Source: Candidatus Magasanikiibacteriota bacterium
GTDB taxonomy: Bacteria > Patescibacteriota > Patescibacteriia > Magasanikbacterales > UBA922
DNA: 64,000 bases
Assembly (NCBI GenBank): GCA_003482855.1
Contig: DMXO01000005.1
Coordinates: 163,719-227,718, forward strand
Direction of reading: 5' to 3'
Shown here: piece after piece, positions 1 through 8,048 of the stretch
Layout of the letters: the number at the start of each line of letters is the position of its first letter
Position numbering within the stretch: the first letter of the stretch is position 1
Notes under the pieces: generated by a model
The model's input: only the letters and a program-made list of their open reading frames with translations
Database searches by the model: none
What the model was told of the DNA's origin: nothing
Program-made: the position numbers and the translations under genes

Positions 1-2
1 AC

Positions 3-1949
3 ATATTTGTTCGCGCGACAGAGATTCTCCTTGCGACAGTACGTCAGTCTGAATCATTGCAAGAGATTTTGTATGATATGGAAGTAGACGCGCAAAAATT
101 GCTCAATGTCATACAGTGGGTCCGTATTCGTGAAAAATTGTATGAACAATACAGGAAATTTCGTCGTGCCGCAGCTGGTGTAAGCAAGCACGGTATGGAT
201 CGGGCAATGACCGCGGTTGCTACGCCATATCTCAATTCGTTTAGTAGTGATCTTACACTCATGGCCAAATTTGGGCATTTAGATTTGTGTGTAGCGAGAG
301 ACAAAGAAATAGATGAAATATTTCGTGTAGTTGAAGCAGGTCGGCAAAATATTATTTTGGTAGGTGATCATGGCGTTGGCAAGATGGCTATTATAGAAGG
401 TATTGTGCAACGAATGATTGAGGGTGACGTACCCGCGCGCGTTCATGACAAACGTTTTGTCCAAATTTCCACATCGTCCCTTCTTGCTGGTACGACCGTT
501 GCTGGCGCTCAAGAAAGGCTTATAAAAATTATGAATGAAGTCGCTCGCGCAAAGAATATTATTTTGTTTATAAATAATCTACATGATTTGACCGGAATGA
601 AAGATTCTCAAGGTGAGGGGCTCGATGTGTCTGAGAGTCTAGCCGAACATTTGAGTAGCGGTAGATTCCTTATGTTTGCGACGACTTTACCAGATGGATA
701 CAACAAATACATTGTAAATACTGAGATTGGTACACTGTTTAGTAAGATTGATGTCAAAGAGATGGATACGAACCAGGCAATTCAGGTGCTGGAATCAAAA
801 GCAGGTAGTATTGAGTACAAAAATAGTGTATTTTTTTCGTATGATGCATTGGATAGATGTGTTGTACTCGCACAAAAATTTTTTTATGATCAAAATTTAC
901 CTGAAAGTGCTATCGCCCTCATGAGTGAAGTGGCAAGCTATGTGCGAAGTTCAAAAGGAGAACATCATATTGTGGATACCGATGATGTGGGCAAGATTGT
1001 GAGTGACAAGACAGGTATTCCTACTGCCAGTATTACCGAAAATGAGTCACAGAAGTTGATGCGTCTCGAAGAAGAGATGCACAAACAGGTGGTTGGTCAA
1101 GATATTGCAGTCGAGATGGTAGCAAGTGCATTGCGTCGCGCACGGGCAGATATCAGATCACAAAAACGACCTATTGCCAATTTTCTCTTTCTTGGTCCTA
1201 CGGGTGTGGGCAAGACAGAACTTGCCAAGACTATTGCGCGTGTATACTTCGGTGGTGAAGAGCGCATGATTAGAGTTGATATGAGTGAATACCAAGACAA
1301 GAGCGGTATATATCGTCTCATCGGACAGCCAGGTCAACAGGGTACTGGACTTCTGACTGAGGCAGTAAGGCAAAATCCTTTTTCTCTTGTCTTGCTTGAT
1401 GAAATGGAAAAAGCAGATCCTGATATTCTTAATTTATTTTTGCAAGTATTTGATGATGGCCGATTGACCGATAGTGTGGGGCGTGTCGTCGATTTTACCA
1501 ATGCAATTATTATTGCCACATCAAATGCGGGCACGAGCTATATCCAAGAACAAATGAACCAAGGAGTTGATTTGGAAGTCATACGTGATCATCTCATCCG
1601 TGGTGAACTCAAGCAATATTATAGGCCTGAGTTTTTGAATCGTTTTGATGGTATTGTGCTGTTCAAAGCATTGACTCGGGAAGAGACCAAACAAATTGCA
1701 GGGCTTATGCTCAAACGTGTTGGCAAAGATCTCGAAGCCCGTGGTGTAGAGCTTCGCGTAGAAGATGCAGCCCTCGAGGCATTGGCTGATGTCGGATTTG
1801 ACCCTGAGTTTGGTGCGCGTCCGATGCGCCGTGCTATTCAGGATCGTGTAGAAAATTATTTGGCTGAATTAGTTTTGCAAGGTAAGTTGCAACGCAGAGA
1901 CGTTATTATTTTGGGTGAAGGATGTCAAATAAAGGTAGAGCGTTCGTAA
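3..1949 (+). CDS. Clp/Hsp100 AAA+ ATPase (ClpA/B/C-like), 5'-truncated by the window edge
   Basis: Frame is open from position 3. Two AAA modules: GDHGVGKM, then FLFLGPTGVGKTE, RVDMSEY, LLDEMEKA, PEFLNRFD, FGARPMRR. Confidence 0.9.
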   Translation: MFVRATEILLATVRQSESLQEILYDMEVDAQKLLNVIQWVRIREKLYEQYRKFRRAAAGVSKHGMDRAMTAVATPYLNSFSSDLTLMAKFGHLDLCVARDKEIDEIFRVVEAGRQNIILVGDHGVGKMAIIEGIVQRMIEGDVPARVHDKRFVQISTSSLLAGTTVAGAQERLIKIMNEVARAKNIILFINNLHDLTGMKDSQGEGLDVSESLAEHLSSGRFLMFATTLPDGYNKYIVNTEIGTLFSKIDVKEMDTNQAIQVLESKAGSIEYKNSVFFSYDALDRCVVLAQKFFYDQNLPESAIALMSEVASYVRSSKGEHHIVDTDDVGKIVSDKTGIPTASITENESQKLMRLEEEMHKQVVGQDIAVEMVASALRRARADIRSQKRPIANFLFLGPTGVGKTELAKTIARVYFGGEERMIRVDMSEYQDKSGIYRLIGQPGQQGTGLLTEAVRQNPFSLVLLDEMEKADPDILNLFLQVFDDGRLTDSVGRVVDFTNAIIIATSNAGTSYIQEQMNQGVDLEVIRDHLIRGELKQYYRPEFLNRFDGIVLFKALTREETKQIAGLMLKRVGKDLEARGVELRVEDAALEALADVGFDPEFGARPMRRAIQDRVENYLAELVLQGKLQRRDVIILGEGCQIKVERS

Positions 1950-2044
1950 ATGATAATTGGTTGCGTTATGAGACGAGCTTGGGCTCGTTTTGTTGTTTTT
2001 GAGGGCACAACATGTTAGAATATGTATGTTTCATTATGTACATT

Positions 2045-3109
2045 ATGATATATCTGGCATATTTTATTTTCACTGGCTTGCTGTCTACATTTGTCACTTT
2101 TATTATTATCGTGGTGATGCGTCGTCTAGGTATTGTAGATAAGGCTCGAAAAGACGAACGAAAAATACACAAAAAGACGATTCCACTTGGAGGTGGCCTT
2201 GCTATTTTTATTAGTTTTTTTGTCGTTATTGGTCTCATTGTTTTATTTGGGGGACATTTTGTTCACGATGTAGTTCCTAGAAATTTACTCGGTTTATTTT
2301 TTGGTGGTTTGGTATTGATGATAGGAGGGCTTCTCGATGATAGATATATCTTGCGTCCGCGTTACCAGATATTATTTCCTGTTATTGCTTCTCTTGTTAT
2401 TATTGGGTTTGGTATAGGACCTCATAGTATTAGTAATCCTTTTGGAGGTACATGGAATCTCGCGGAGTGGCACATACAGATAGATGGGCTTGGTAATTTT
2501 GTTGTCTTGGCTGATATGCTTGTCTTTTTTTGGCTTATGGGGATGATGTTTACTACCAAGTTTTTGGATGGGCTTGATGGGCTTGTCGCTGGTATAGTGA
2601 GTATTGGCGCGTGTATTATTTTCTTTTTGTCTTTGCAACGCGAATGGTATCAGCCCGATGTTGCTATGCTTGCAATAGTATTTGCAGGGGCAGTGCTTGG
2701 TTTTCTTGTATGGAATTGGAATCCAGCAAAAATTTTTTTAGGCGAAGGAGGAAGTCTATTTACTGGATTTATGCTTGGTTGTTTGGCAATTATTTCCGGA
2801 GGGAAAATAGCCACCACGTTGCTCGTGGTCGCGATCCCTGTTTTGGATGTCATGCGTGTCATTGTACGGCGTATCCAAAAAAAGAAACCTGTGTATATAG
2901 GAGACAACGAACATCTACATTTTCGTCTGCTTGAGAGCGGATTTAGTCAACGACAAGCGGTTCTTCTTTTATATGCGATATCGCTTTTGTTTGGCATTAG
3001 TGCATTATTTCTGCAAAGTAGCCAGAAGTTGATTGCTCTCATATTTTTGTTTATACTCATGATACTTGTTGGCGTATGGTTTTCGAGGCATGATGCTCAA
3101 CGGTCGTGA
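2045..3109 (+). CDS. MraY/WecA/TagO-family polyprenyl-phosphate HexNAc-1-phosphate transferase
   Basis: Polytopic membrane protein with PLGGGLA, GLLDD, FLDGLDGL, WNWNPAKIFLGEGG and EHLHFRL. Start chosen at ATG 2045. Confidence 0.85.
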   Translation: MIYLAYFIFTGLLSTFVTFIIIVVMRRLGIVDKARKDERKIHKKTIPLGGGLAIFISFFVVIGLIVLFGGHFVHDVVPRNLLGLFFGGLVLMIGGLLDDRYILRPRYQILFPVIASLVIIGFGIGPHSISNPFGGTWNLAEWHIQIDGLGNFVVLADMLVFFWLMGMMFTTKFLDGLDGLVAGIVSIGACIIFFLSLQREWYQPDVAMLAIVFAGAVLGFLVWNWNPAKIFLGEGGSLFTGFMLGCLAIISGGKIATTLLVVAIPVLDVMRVIVRRIQKKKPVYIGDNEHLHFRLLESGFSQRQAVLLLYAISLLFGISALFLQSSQKLIALIFLFILMILVGVWFSRHDAQRS

Positions 3110-3123
3110 TATTATCTATTGAT

Positions 3124-3588
3124 ATGACAGAACAATCCTCCCGTTTCAAATTTATTTTTATTATTATCTTTTTAGGAACTGCTATTTTTTTATTTTTCTT
3201 CCAGCGTTTTTATTGGCCCCATGCAACTGTTGAACTGAAAGGTCAAACACTCAATGTACTCCTTGCAGAAAATATATATCAGCAACAGAAGGGATTGGGG
3301 GGACGAAACAGTATCGCGCCATATGATGGTATGTTGTTTCCGTTTTTCCTTGTAGGTAAGCACGCAATAGTTATGCGAGATATGGAATTTCCTATAGATA
3401 TTGTCTGGCTTCTTGATGGTGAGGTGGTAGATTTTGCTCCATATGTCCAGATAGAACCTGACAAAACAGAGTTTGAGTATACAAAATATTATCCTCGCAC
3501 AGAAGCAAATTTTGTTTTGGAGTTGCCTGCTGGCTGGGCAGATGAACATGAATTGAAGATAGGGGATAGGATGAGTGTAATAAGGTGA
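3124..3588 (+). CDS. DUF192 family protein with N-terminal anchor
   Basis: KGLGGR...GMLF...MRDMEFPIDIVW...VLELPAG...LKIGD motifs. Confidence 0.8.
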   Translation: MTEQSSRFKFIFIIIFLGTAIFLFFFQRFYWPHATVELKGQTLNVLLAENIYQQQKGLGGRNSIAPYDGMLFPFFLVGKHAIVMRDMEFPIDIVWLLDGEVVDFAPYVQIEPDKTEFEYTKYYPRTEANFVLELPAGWADEHELKIGDRMSVIR

Positions 3589-3682
3589 AGCTAGGTTATC
3601 TGTGGAGAGGATGTCTTGACATAATTTAACTATTTTGCTAAAATATCGCTGTTTCCCATATTATCAAATAATCATATTATAT

Positions 3683-3997
3683 ATGTTCGCAGTCATTGAA
3701 ACTGGTGGTAAGCAATATCTTATCAAGACCGGAGATACACTCAAGATTGAAAAGCTTGAAGTAGAAGCTGGCAAAGAAGCTATTTTTGACAAAGTACTCA
3801 TGCTTGCAAAAGAAGATGGTACGAGTGTCAAAATTGGCAAACCATATCTCTCTGGCGTCAGTATCGCCGCTACAGTAGAAGCTCAGGGGCGAAGCAAGAA
3901 GATTCGTGTCGTAAAATTCAAAAACAAAGTACGTTATAAACGCGCGCGAGGTCATAGACAAGCTTTCACCAAAGTAAAAGTGCAAGAAGTAAAATAA
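3683..3997 (+). CDS. rplU: 50S ribosomal protein L21
   Basis: MFAVIETGGKQY...GHRQAFTKV. Confidence 0.97.
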   Translation: MFAVIETGGKQYLIKTGDTLKIEKLEVEAGKEAIFDKVLMLAKEDGTSVKIGKPYLSGVSIAATVEAQGRSKKIRVVKFKNKVRYKRARGHRQAFTKVKVQEVK

Positions 3998-4036
3998 AGA
4001 CCTGATACGCGACTCGCGTAACATAATATAAAAAAT

Positions 4037-4067
4037 GAAAATCCGTCCTTGTTTGGGCGGATTTTTT
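4037..4067 (+). terminator. Intrinsic terminator after rplU
   Basis: AAAATCCGTCC-TTGTTT-GGGCGGATTTTTT stem plus T tract. Confidence 0.7.
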
Positions 4068-4070
4068 GTA

Positions 4071-4099
4071 TTGACAAAAAAGGAGAATTACTTTATGAT
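4071..4099 (+). promoter_or_regulatory. Sigma70-like promoter
   Basis: TTGACA-17 nt-TATGAT directly upstream of a GC-rich structured segment. Confidence 0.6.
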
Positions 4100-4104
4100 G
4101 GCAC

Positions 4105-4420
4105 ACAGCTCCTTGATTTCATCGGCAGCCGTTCGCATGCAGGCCCCTCCCCTCCTATATCGTCCCAGTCGACGAGCTGTTGTCCCTGCAAGAGGGTCTC
4201 CTGCATGCAATCGCATGAGTCGGTCCGTTCTCCACGGGCTACTTGTGCATCCGGCTTGCCGTACCGTGCCGCACGAGCGTATTCTCGATGGTCATGGATT
4301 CCACCTGCCCTGCAAAGCCTTTGGAATTCTACATCGTGCGCTCGTGCGGCACTTCCTCTCTGTCCACAAAATTTGTGTTTAGAGAAGAAAAATCCACCCG
4401 AGTATGTAAGGGTGGATTTT
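4105..4420 (+). ncRNA. Candidate structured non-coding RNA (unassigned)
   Basis: GC-rich segment between a promoter and a terminator. Perfect 14-bp inverted repeat 4266-4279/4339-4352 with further inner stems, and a second hairpin 4135-4208. No convincing ORF. Confidence 0.4.
4388..4420. terminator. Bidirectional intrinsic terminator (candidate ncRNA / recR)
   Basis: AAAATCCACCC...GGGTGGATTTT stem with A and T tracts on either side. Confidence 0.65.
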
Positions 4421-4427
4421 GTTTTGT

Positions 4428-5027
4428 TTAGTTTTGAGTTCTATGTTTGAGTGCACTCCCGAGTGTTATCTCATCTGCGTATTGCAAGTCGCTTCCCATA
4501 GGTAGACCACGTGCAAGCCTCGTGACTTTTGTTTCAGGTGCAGTATTTTTTATTTGGCGTTCGAGATACATCATAGTAGTTTCCCCATTGATGTCTGGAT
4601 TGAGTGCCAAAATAATTTCATCAACTTCATTTTTTTTGATTCGGTTCACGAGTTCATTGAGTTTCAGAAATTGAGCAATCCCATCATCATCAGGTTTGAG
4701 CGTACCACGCAAAATGTGGTATTGGCCATGGTATTCACCGGTTCGTTCTATTGTCTCTCTATCCTGTGGCTGGGCTACTACGCAGATCATCTTTGGGTCG
4801 CGTCTTGCGTCAGAGCAGAAATGGCAAGGACTTGTATCAGAAAAATCCCAACAAATTTCACAACTTTTTATATTATCCATGAGTTCTTTGAGGGCCAGTG
4901 TAAGTTCGCCAACATCCTTTTTCCCTTTTTTGAGCAGATGAAACACAAATCTTTCAGCTGTGCGTGGGCCGACGGTGGGGAGAGATGAGAAGGCTTTGAT
5001 AAGATTTTCGATAGGTTTGGCGTACAT
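4428..5027 (-). CDS. recR: Recombination mediator RecR
   Basis: LPTVGPRTAER HhH, CEIC...CHFC zinc finger, Toprim (ALNPDINGETT) and RLARGLPMGSDLQYADEITL. Confidence 0.96.
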   Translation of the reverse strand: MYAKPIENLIKAFSSLPTVGPRTAERFVFHLLKKGKKDVGELTLALKELMDNIKSCEICWDFSDTSPCHFCSDARRDPKMICVVAQPQDRETIERTGEYHGQYHILRGTLKPDDDGIAQFLKLNELVNRIKKNEVDEIILALNPDINGETTMMYLERQIKNTAPETKVTRLARGLPMGSDLQYADEITLGSALKHRTQN

Positions 5028-5029
5028 AG

Positions 5030-5060
5030 TAGTTTATAGCCAATAGTTCATAGCCAATAG
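5030..5060. repeat. Left arm of inverted 7-nt-period repeat flanking the four-helix-bundle gene
   Basis: TAGTTTA TAGCCAA TAGTTCA TAGCCAA TAG. Positions 5030-5053 match the reverse complement of 5444-5467 at 23/24. Confidence 0.9.
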
Positions 5061-5062
5061 GA

Positions 5063-5425
5063 TTATGAACTAGATTGATAGAGTGAATCCCTATAACGAT
5101 AGAGCATACGTAATACTTCATCTAGTAATCTATCAACAAGTGAATATTTAGACACAGGTATAAAATCAAGTTTTTTTGAAATAAGTATTTGGGTTTCTAG
5201 CTCTGTGGCAGAACCAAATGATATATTTACAAATTGAGCATTTTCTTTTTTATTTTTGCGTGCGTATCCTTCCGCAATGTTGGAAGGAATAGATACACTG
5301 CATCTTCGCATTTGACTGATTAAACCGAACTTTTCTTCTGGAGGGAAGATAGAAGTAATTTTGTATACTTCTAATACAAAATCTATAGACTTTTGCCAGA
5401 CTATAAGGTCTTTGTAAGTTTGCAT
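5063..5425 (-). CDS. Four helix bundle protein (23S rRNA IVP / bAvd-like family)
   Basis: YKDLIVWQKS...FPPEEKFGLISQMRRCSVSIPSNIAEG...GSATELETQ family signature. Confidence 0.92.
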   Translation of the reverse strand: MQTYKDLIVWQKSIDFVLEVYKITSIFPPEEKFGLISQMRRCSVSIPSNIAEGYARKNKKENAQFVNISFGSATELETQILISKKLDFIPVSKYSLVDRLLDEVLRMLYRYRDSLYQSSS

Positions 5426-5443
5426 AATTTTTTACGTCATCGA

Positions 5444-5467
5444 CTATGAACTATTGGCTATGAACTA
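5444..5467. repeat. Right arm of inverted 7-nt-period repeat
   Basis: CTATGAA CTATTGG CTATGAA CTA. The last CTA is the ybaB stop codon. Confidence 0.9.
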
Positions 5468-5761
5468 ACTAAGTCCTGGGATATTAGGTAATCCGCCCAT
5501 TTCTTTCATCTTCATTGCCATGATGCGTTGCATTTTTTTGAGGGCATTTTTGTGTGCATCTTTGAATGCATTTTCGAGTTTTGTTTTTTTGTCTGGGCTC
5601 AGCAGATCTTCAGCCACGACCACATTGGTGATTTCTAGGTTGCCGTTCATAGTGAGTTCTACGCCGCCTGATTTTTCAGTCACACTTTCACCAGCGAGGG
5701 CATCTTGCATAGTCTTTGCTTGGTCACGAAGGTCTTTGAATTGTTTGAGTTTGTTGAACAT
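5465..5761 (-). CDS. ybaB: YbaB/EbfC nucleoid-associated protein
   Basis: QAKTMQDAL...SGGVELTMNGNLEITNV...KEMGG, located upstream of recR. Confidence 0.85.
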   Translation of the reverse strand: MFNKLKQFKDLRDQAKTMQDALAGESVTEKSGGVELTMNGNLEITNVVVAEDLLSPDKKTKLENAFKDAHKNALKKMQRIMAMKMKEMGGLPNIPGLS

Positions 5762-5769
5762 AGTTTTGT

Positions 5770-5853
5770 GTTGTTAAAGTTGTTGATGTTACTTATGTTT
5801 CTAAGGTTTTTATAGACATCGATAACCTTAGGGACTTTAGAAACCTTAGCAAC
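5770..5853. repeat. Inverted pair of 9-nt-period degenerate repeats between dnaB and ybaB
   Basis: GTTGTTAAA GTTGTTGAT GTTACTTAT GTTTCTAAG GTT / GACATCGAT AACCTTAGG GACTTTAGA AACCTTAGC AAC. Confidence 0.7.
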
Positions 5854-5861
5854 TCCGTTAA

Positions 5862-7298
5862 TTAAAAACTTGGAACGTTTTGTTTTTGGGGTTGTATCGC
5901 TTGAGGTGGAGGTACAGGTCCTCCCATGTTCATATCAAGGTTTTTGAAGCTCGCGCGTTGTTCATCGAAGAATACACGCACCATGCCGGTAGGACCATTT
6001 CTGTGTTTTGCCACATGCACTTCTGCGATATGTTGTTCATCAGGTGGAATATCTTCGATACGGTAATTTCGGTCAGCTGCTTTGCGATAAATAAACATGA
6101 CCACGTCAGCATCCTGCTCAATACTACCAGATTCTCGTAAATGTGACAATTTTGGAATGGCTGGCTTTGATTGTTCAACTGCACGTGATAGCTGAGACAG
6201 GGCAATCACCGGGACATTGAGTTCACGCGCGATGCCTTTCAAGTTTCTACTCATTTCAGCGACTTCTTGTACGCGATTATCACTATGTTTGTATGAATGA
6301 GATTCAAGTAGTTGCATATAGTCTACGACGATGAGCCCAAGACCATGTTCAGCCTGTAGTCGTCGCGCTTTGGTGCGGATATGCATGACATTATTGCCCG
6401 GAGTGTCATCTATGTATATAGGTGCTTCGGAGAGCACACCCATAGCATGCCCGATGCGTGGGAAATCATCGCTATTTGGTTTGTCTGATAGATTACCTGT
6501 CCTCATTTTCCATAGATCAATGCCAGCTTCAGCACAAAGTAGACGATCAACTAATTGTTCCTTGCTCATTTCAAGAGAAAACATACCGACAGGTACTTTT
6601 GCTTTGACTGCTGCATGTCGGACAAAATCAAGCGCGAGAGACGTCTTGCCTACTGAAGGGCGTGCGGCCAGGATAATGAGGTCTGATTTCTGGAAACCAG
6701 CGAGCAGATTGTCAAGCTGTTTGAATCCACTTGGTACACCGCGCAATTTGCCTTTTTCTTTGTGTAATTCATCAATACGTTCAAACGCTTCACTTAGTAC
6801 ACCTTTGATAGGAACAAAGGTTTGTTTCAAGTGTTTTTGTGTAATGGAATATAAATACTGTTGTGCTTCATCGAGCACCTGATCCACATCCTCGACATCT
6901 TCTTTGTATCCGAGTTTGGAAATTTCCTGAGCAGAGTAGAGGAGTTTTCGTAGAGTCGATTTACGGCGGACAATCTGAGCATATTGTTTTATGTGTGATG
7001 CTGTTGGTACTGCATTCGAGATTTCTATCAAATAACTTTTTCCTCCAATTTTTTCAAGCAATCCTTTTTCTTCGAGCCTATTGGACATAGTGAGTACGTC
7101 TATAGGTTCATTTTTGTTGTACAGCTCAACCATAGTTTCGAAGATGTCACTATGTGCGCGTTTGTAAAAATCTTCGATATCTACCATGTCTGCAATTTTT
7201 ATCATGGCGTCTTTGTCAAGCAAAATAGAGCCGATAAGAGATTTTTCAGCCTCGAGGTTTTGTGGAGGTATTTTTTCGAGTTCAGTAATGTCGACCAT
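5862..7298 (-). CDS. dnaB: Replicative DNA helicase
   Basis: PPQNLEAE, ILAARPSVGKT, FSLEMS, VDYMQL, LSQLSR, LRESGSIEQDAD, KHRNGPTG. Confidence 0.98.
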   Translation of the reverse strand: MVDITELEKIPPQNLEAEKSLIGSILLDKDAMIKIADMVDIEDFYKRAHSDIFETMVELYNKNEPIDVLTMSNRLEEKGLLEKIGGKSYLIEISNAVPTASHIKQYAQIVRRKSTLRKLLYSAQEISKLGYKEDVEDVDQVLDEAQQYLYSITQKHLKQTFVPIKGVLSEAFERIDELHKEKGKLRGVPSGFKQLDNLLAGFQKSDLIILAARPSVGKTSLALDFVRHAAVKAKVPVGMFSLEMSKEQLVDRLLCAEAGIDLWKMRTGNLSDKPNSDDFPRIGHAMGVLSEAPIYIDDTPGNNVMHIRTKARRLQAEHGLGLIVVDYMQLLESHSYKHSDNRVQEVAEMSRNLKGIARELNVPVIALSQLSRAVEQSKPAIPKLSHLRESGSIEQDADVVMFIYRKAADRNYRIEDIPPDEQHIAEVHVAKHRNGPTGMVRVFFDEQRASFKNLDMNMGGPVPPPQAIQPQKQNVPSF

Positions 7299-7305
7299 AG
7301 TTTTT

Positions 7306-7418
7306 CACTTTGTCACTTAAGCACTACAGCACCTAAGCACTTTTATTAAAGTAAAATATTTTTTGATTTAAATCGTTGCACTGTTTAAGTGTCCAAGTGC
7401 TAAAGTGTTCAAGTGACG
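7306..7418. repeat. Inverted pair of 8-nt-period repeats (CACTnnAG family) upstream of dnaB
   Basis: CACTTTGT CACTTAAG CACTACAG CACCTAAG CACTTT / AAGTGTCC AAGTGCTA AAGTGTTC AAGTGACG. Confidence 0.75.
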
Positions 7419-7592
7419 TGTATCTTACCCGAAATTCGTTTTCAGCACAACCCTCTTTATTTCATAAACTGTGGGTGTCCTGTGCAAACTATGTTGACAA
7501 GAGAGAGAGATTTTGAGAGGATATTTTTAGTTTCTGGGACCGTCCGGATGGCCTGGATGGTCTTGTGTCTTTTGTGCACGGAGGTATCGGAG

Positions 7593-7811
7593 ATGTCCGG
7601 TCATCACATCAAGCACTCGAGAAGTGTGGGGTCGATTCGGGCTGATGAGGAACGCGAGAGGCGGGAAGCGTCCCAGCGTCGGAGTGGGTTCAACCGCTCC
7701 ACCGGGGAGTGGGACTGCCCGTGTGGGGTGTCGAAGAAGACGGCCGCGGCCTTTCAGAAGCATCAGCGCAACTGCAAGAAGGTTGGCAAGACGGCCGATC
7801 AGCGCGGCTAG
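7593..7811 (+). CDS. Small basic GC-rich orphan with a possible C2HC zinc finger
   Basis: GGAGG/GGAG SD upstream of ATG 7593, CPCG...FQKHQRNC motif, TTGACA at 7495. Confidence 0.5.
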   Translation: MSGHHIKHSRSVGSIRADEERERREASQRRSGFNRSTGEWDCPCGVSKKTAAAFQKHQRNCKKVGKTADQRG

Positions 7812-7860
7812 AAGGAGGAATAATCCATGGCTCGAGGACCACCGTTCTCAAGGGGCTTGT

Positions 7861-7981
7861 GCAGAACCCTGTTCGCACTCGCCCGTATTTTTACTAAAAT
7901 TATTTTGGTAGAAGTACGGGGAGGTTGCCACGTAAAATCGCTTCGCGATAACGTGGCTCGTGTGAACGGGGTTTTGTTTTT
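7861..7981 (+). other. Three-way-junction RNA structure / elaborate terminator
   Basis: 18-bp closing stem 7861-7878/7960-7977 with G-U pairs encloses two hairpins and is followed by a T tract. Confidence 0.55.
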
Positions 7982-8000
7982 GGTGCATTATGGACTATAA

Positions 8001-8043
8001 TAGTTCTTAGCTAATAGCGGCTATGAACTATTGGCTATTGGCT
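8001..8043. repeat. Inverted 7-nt-period repeat (TAGTTCA/TAGCCAA family), no cargo
   Basis: TAGTTCT TAGCTAA TAG cgg CTATGAA CTATTGG CTATTGG CT, ending 5 nt before ATG 8049. Confidence 0.75.
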
Positions 8044-8048
8044 CAAAT

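Noticed and set aside
4035-4450. Three overlapping + strand ORFs (115, 133 and 62 aa)
   Set aside because: No recognisable motif or SD. They start within the terminator/promoter region or run through the terminator, and strong RNA pairing explains the segment better.
5063-5425. Diversity-generating retroelement suggested by the Avd-like protein
   Set aside because: No reverse transcriptase and no template/variable repeat pair differing at adenines is visible in the window.
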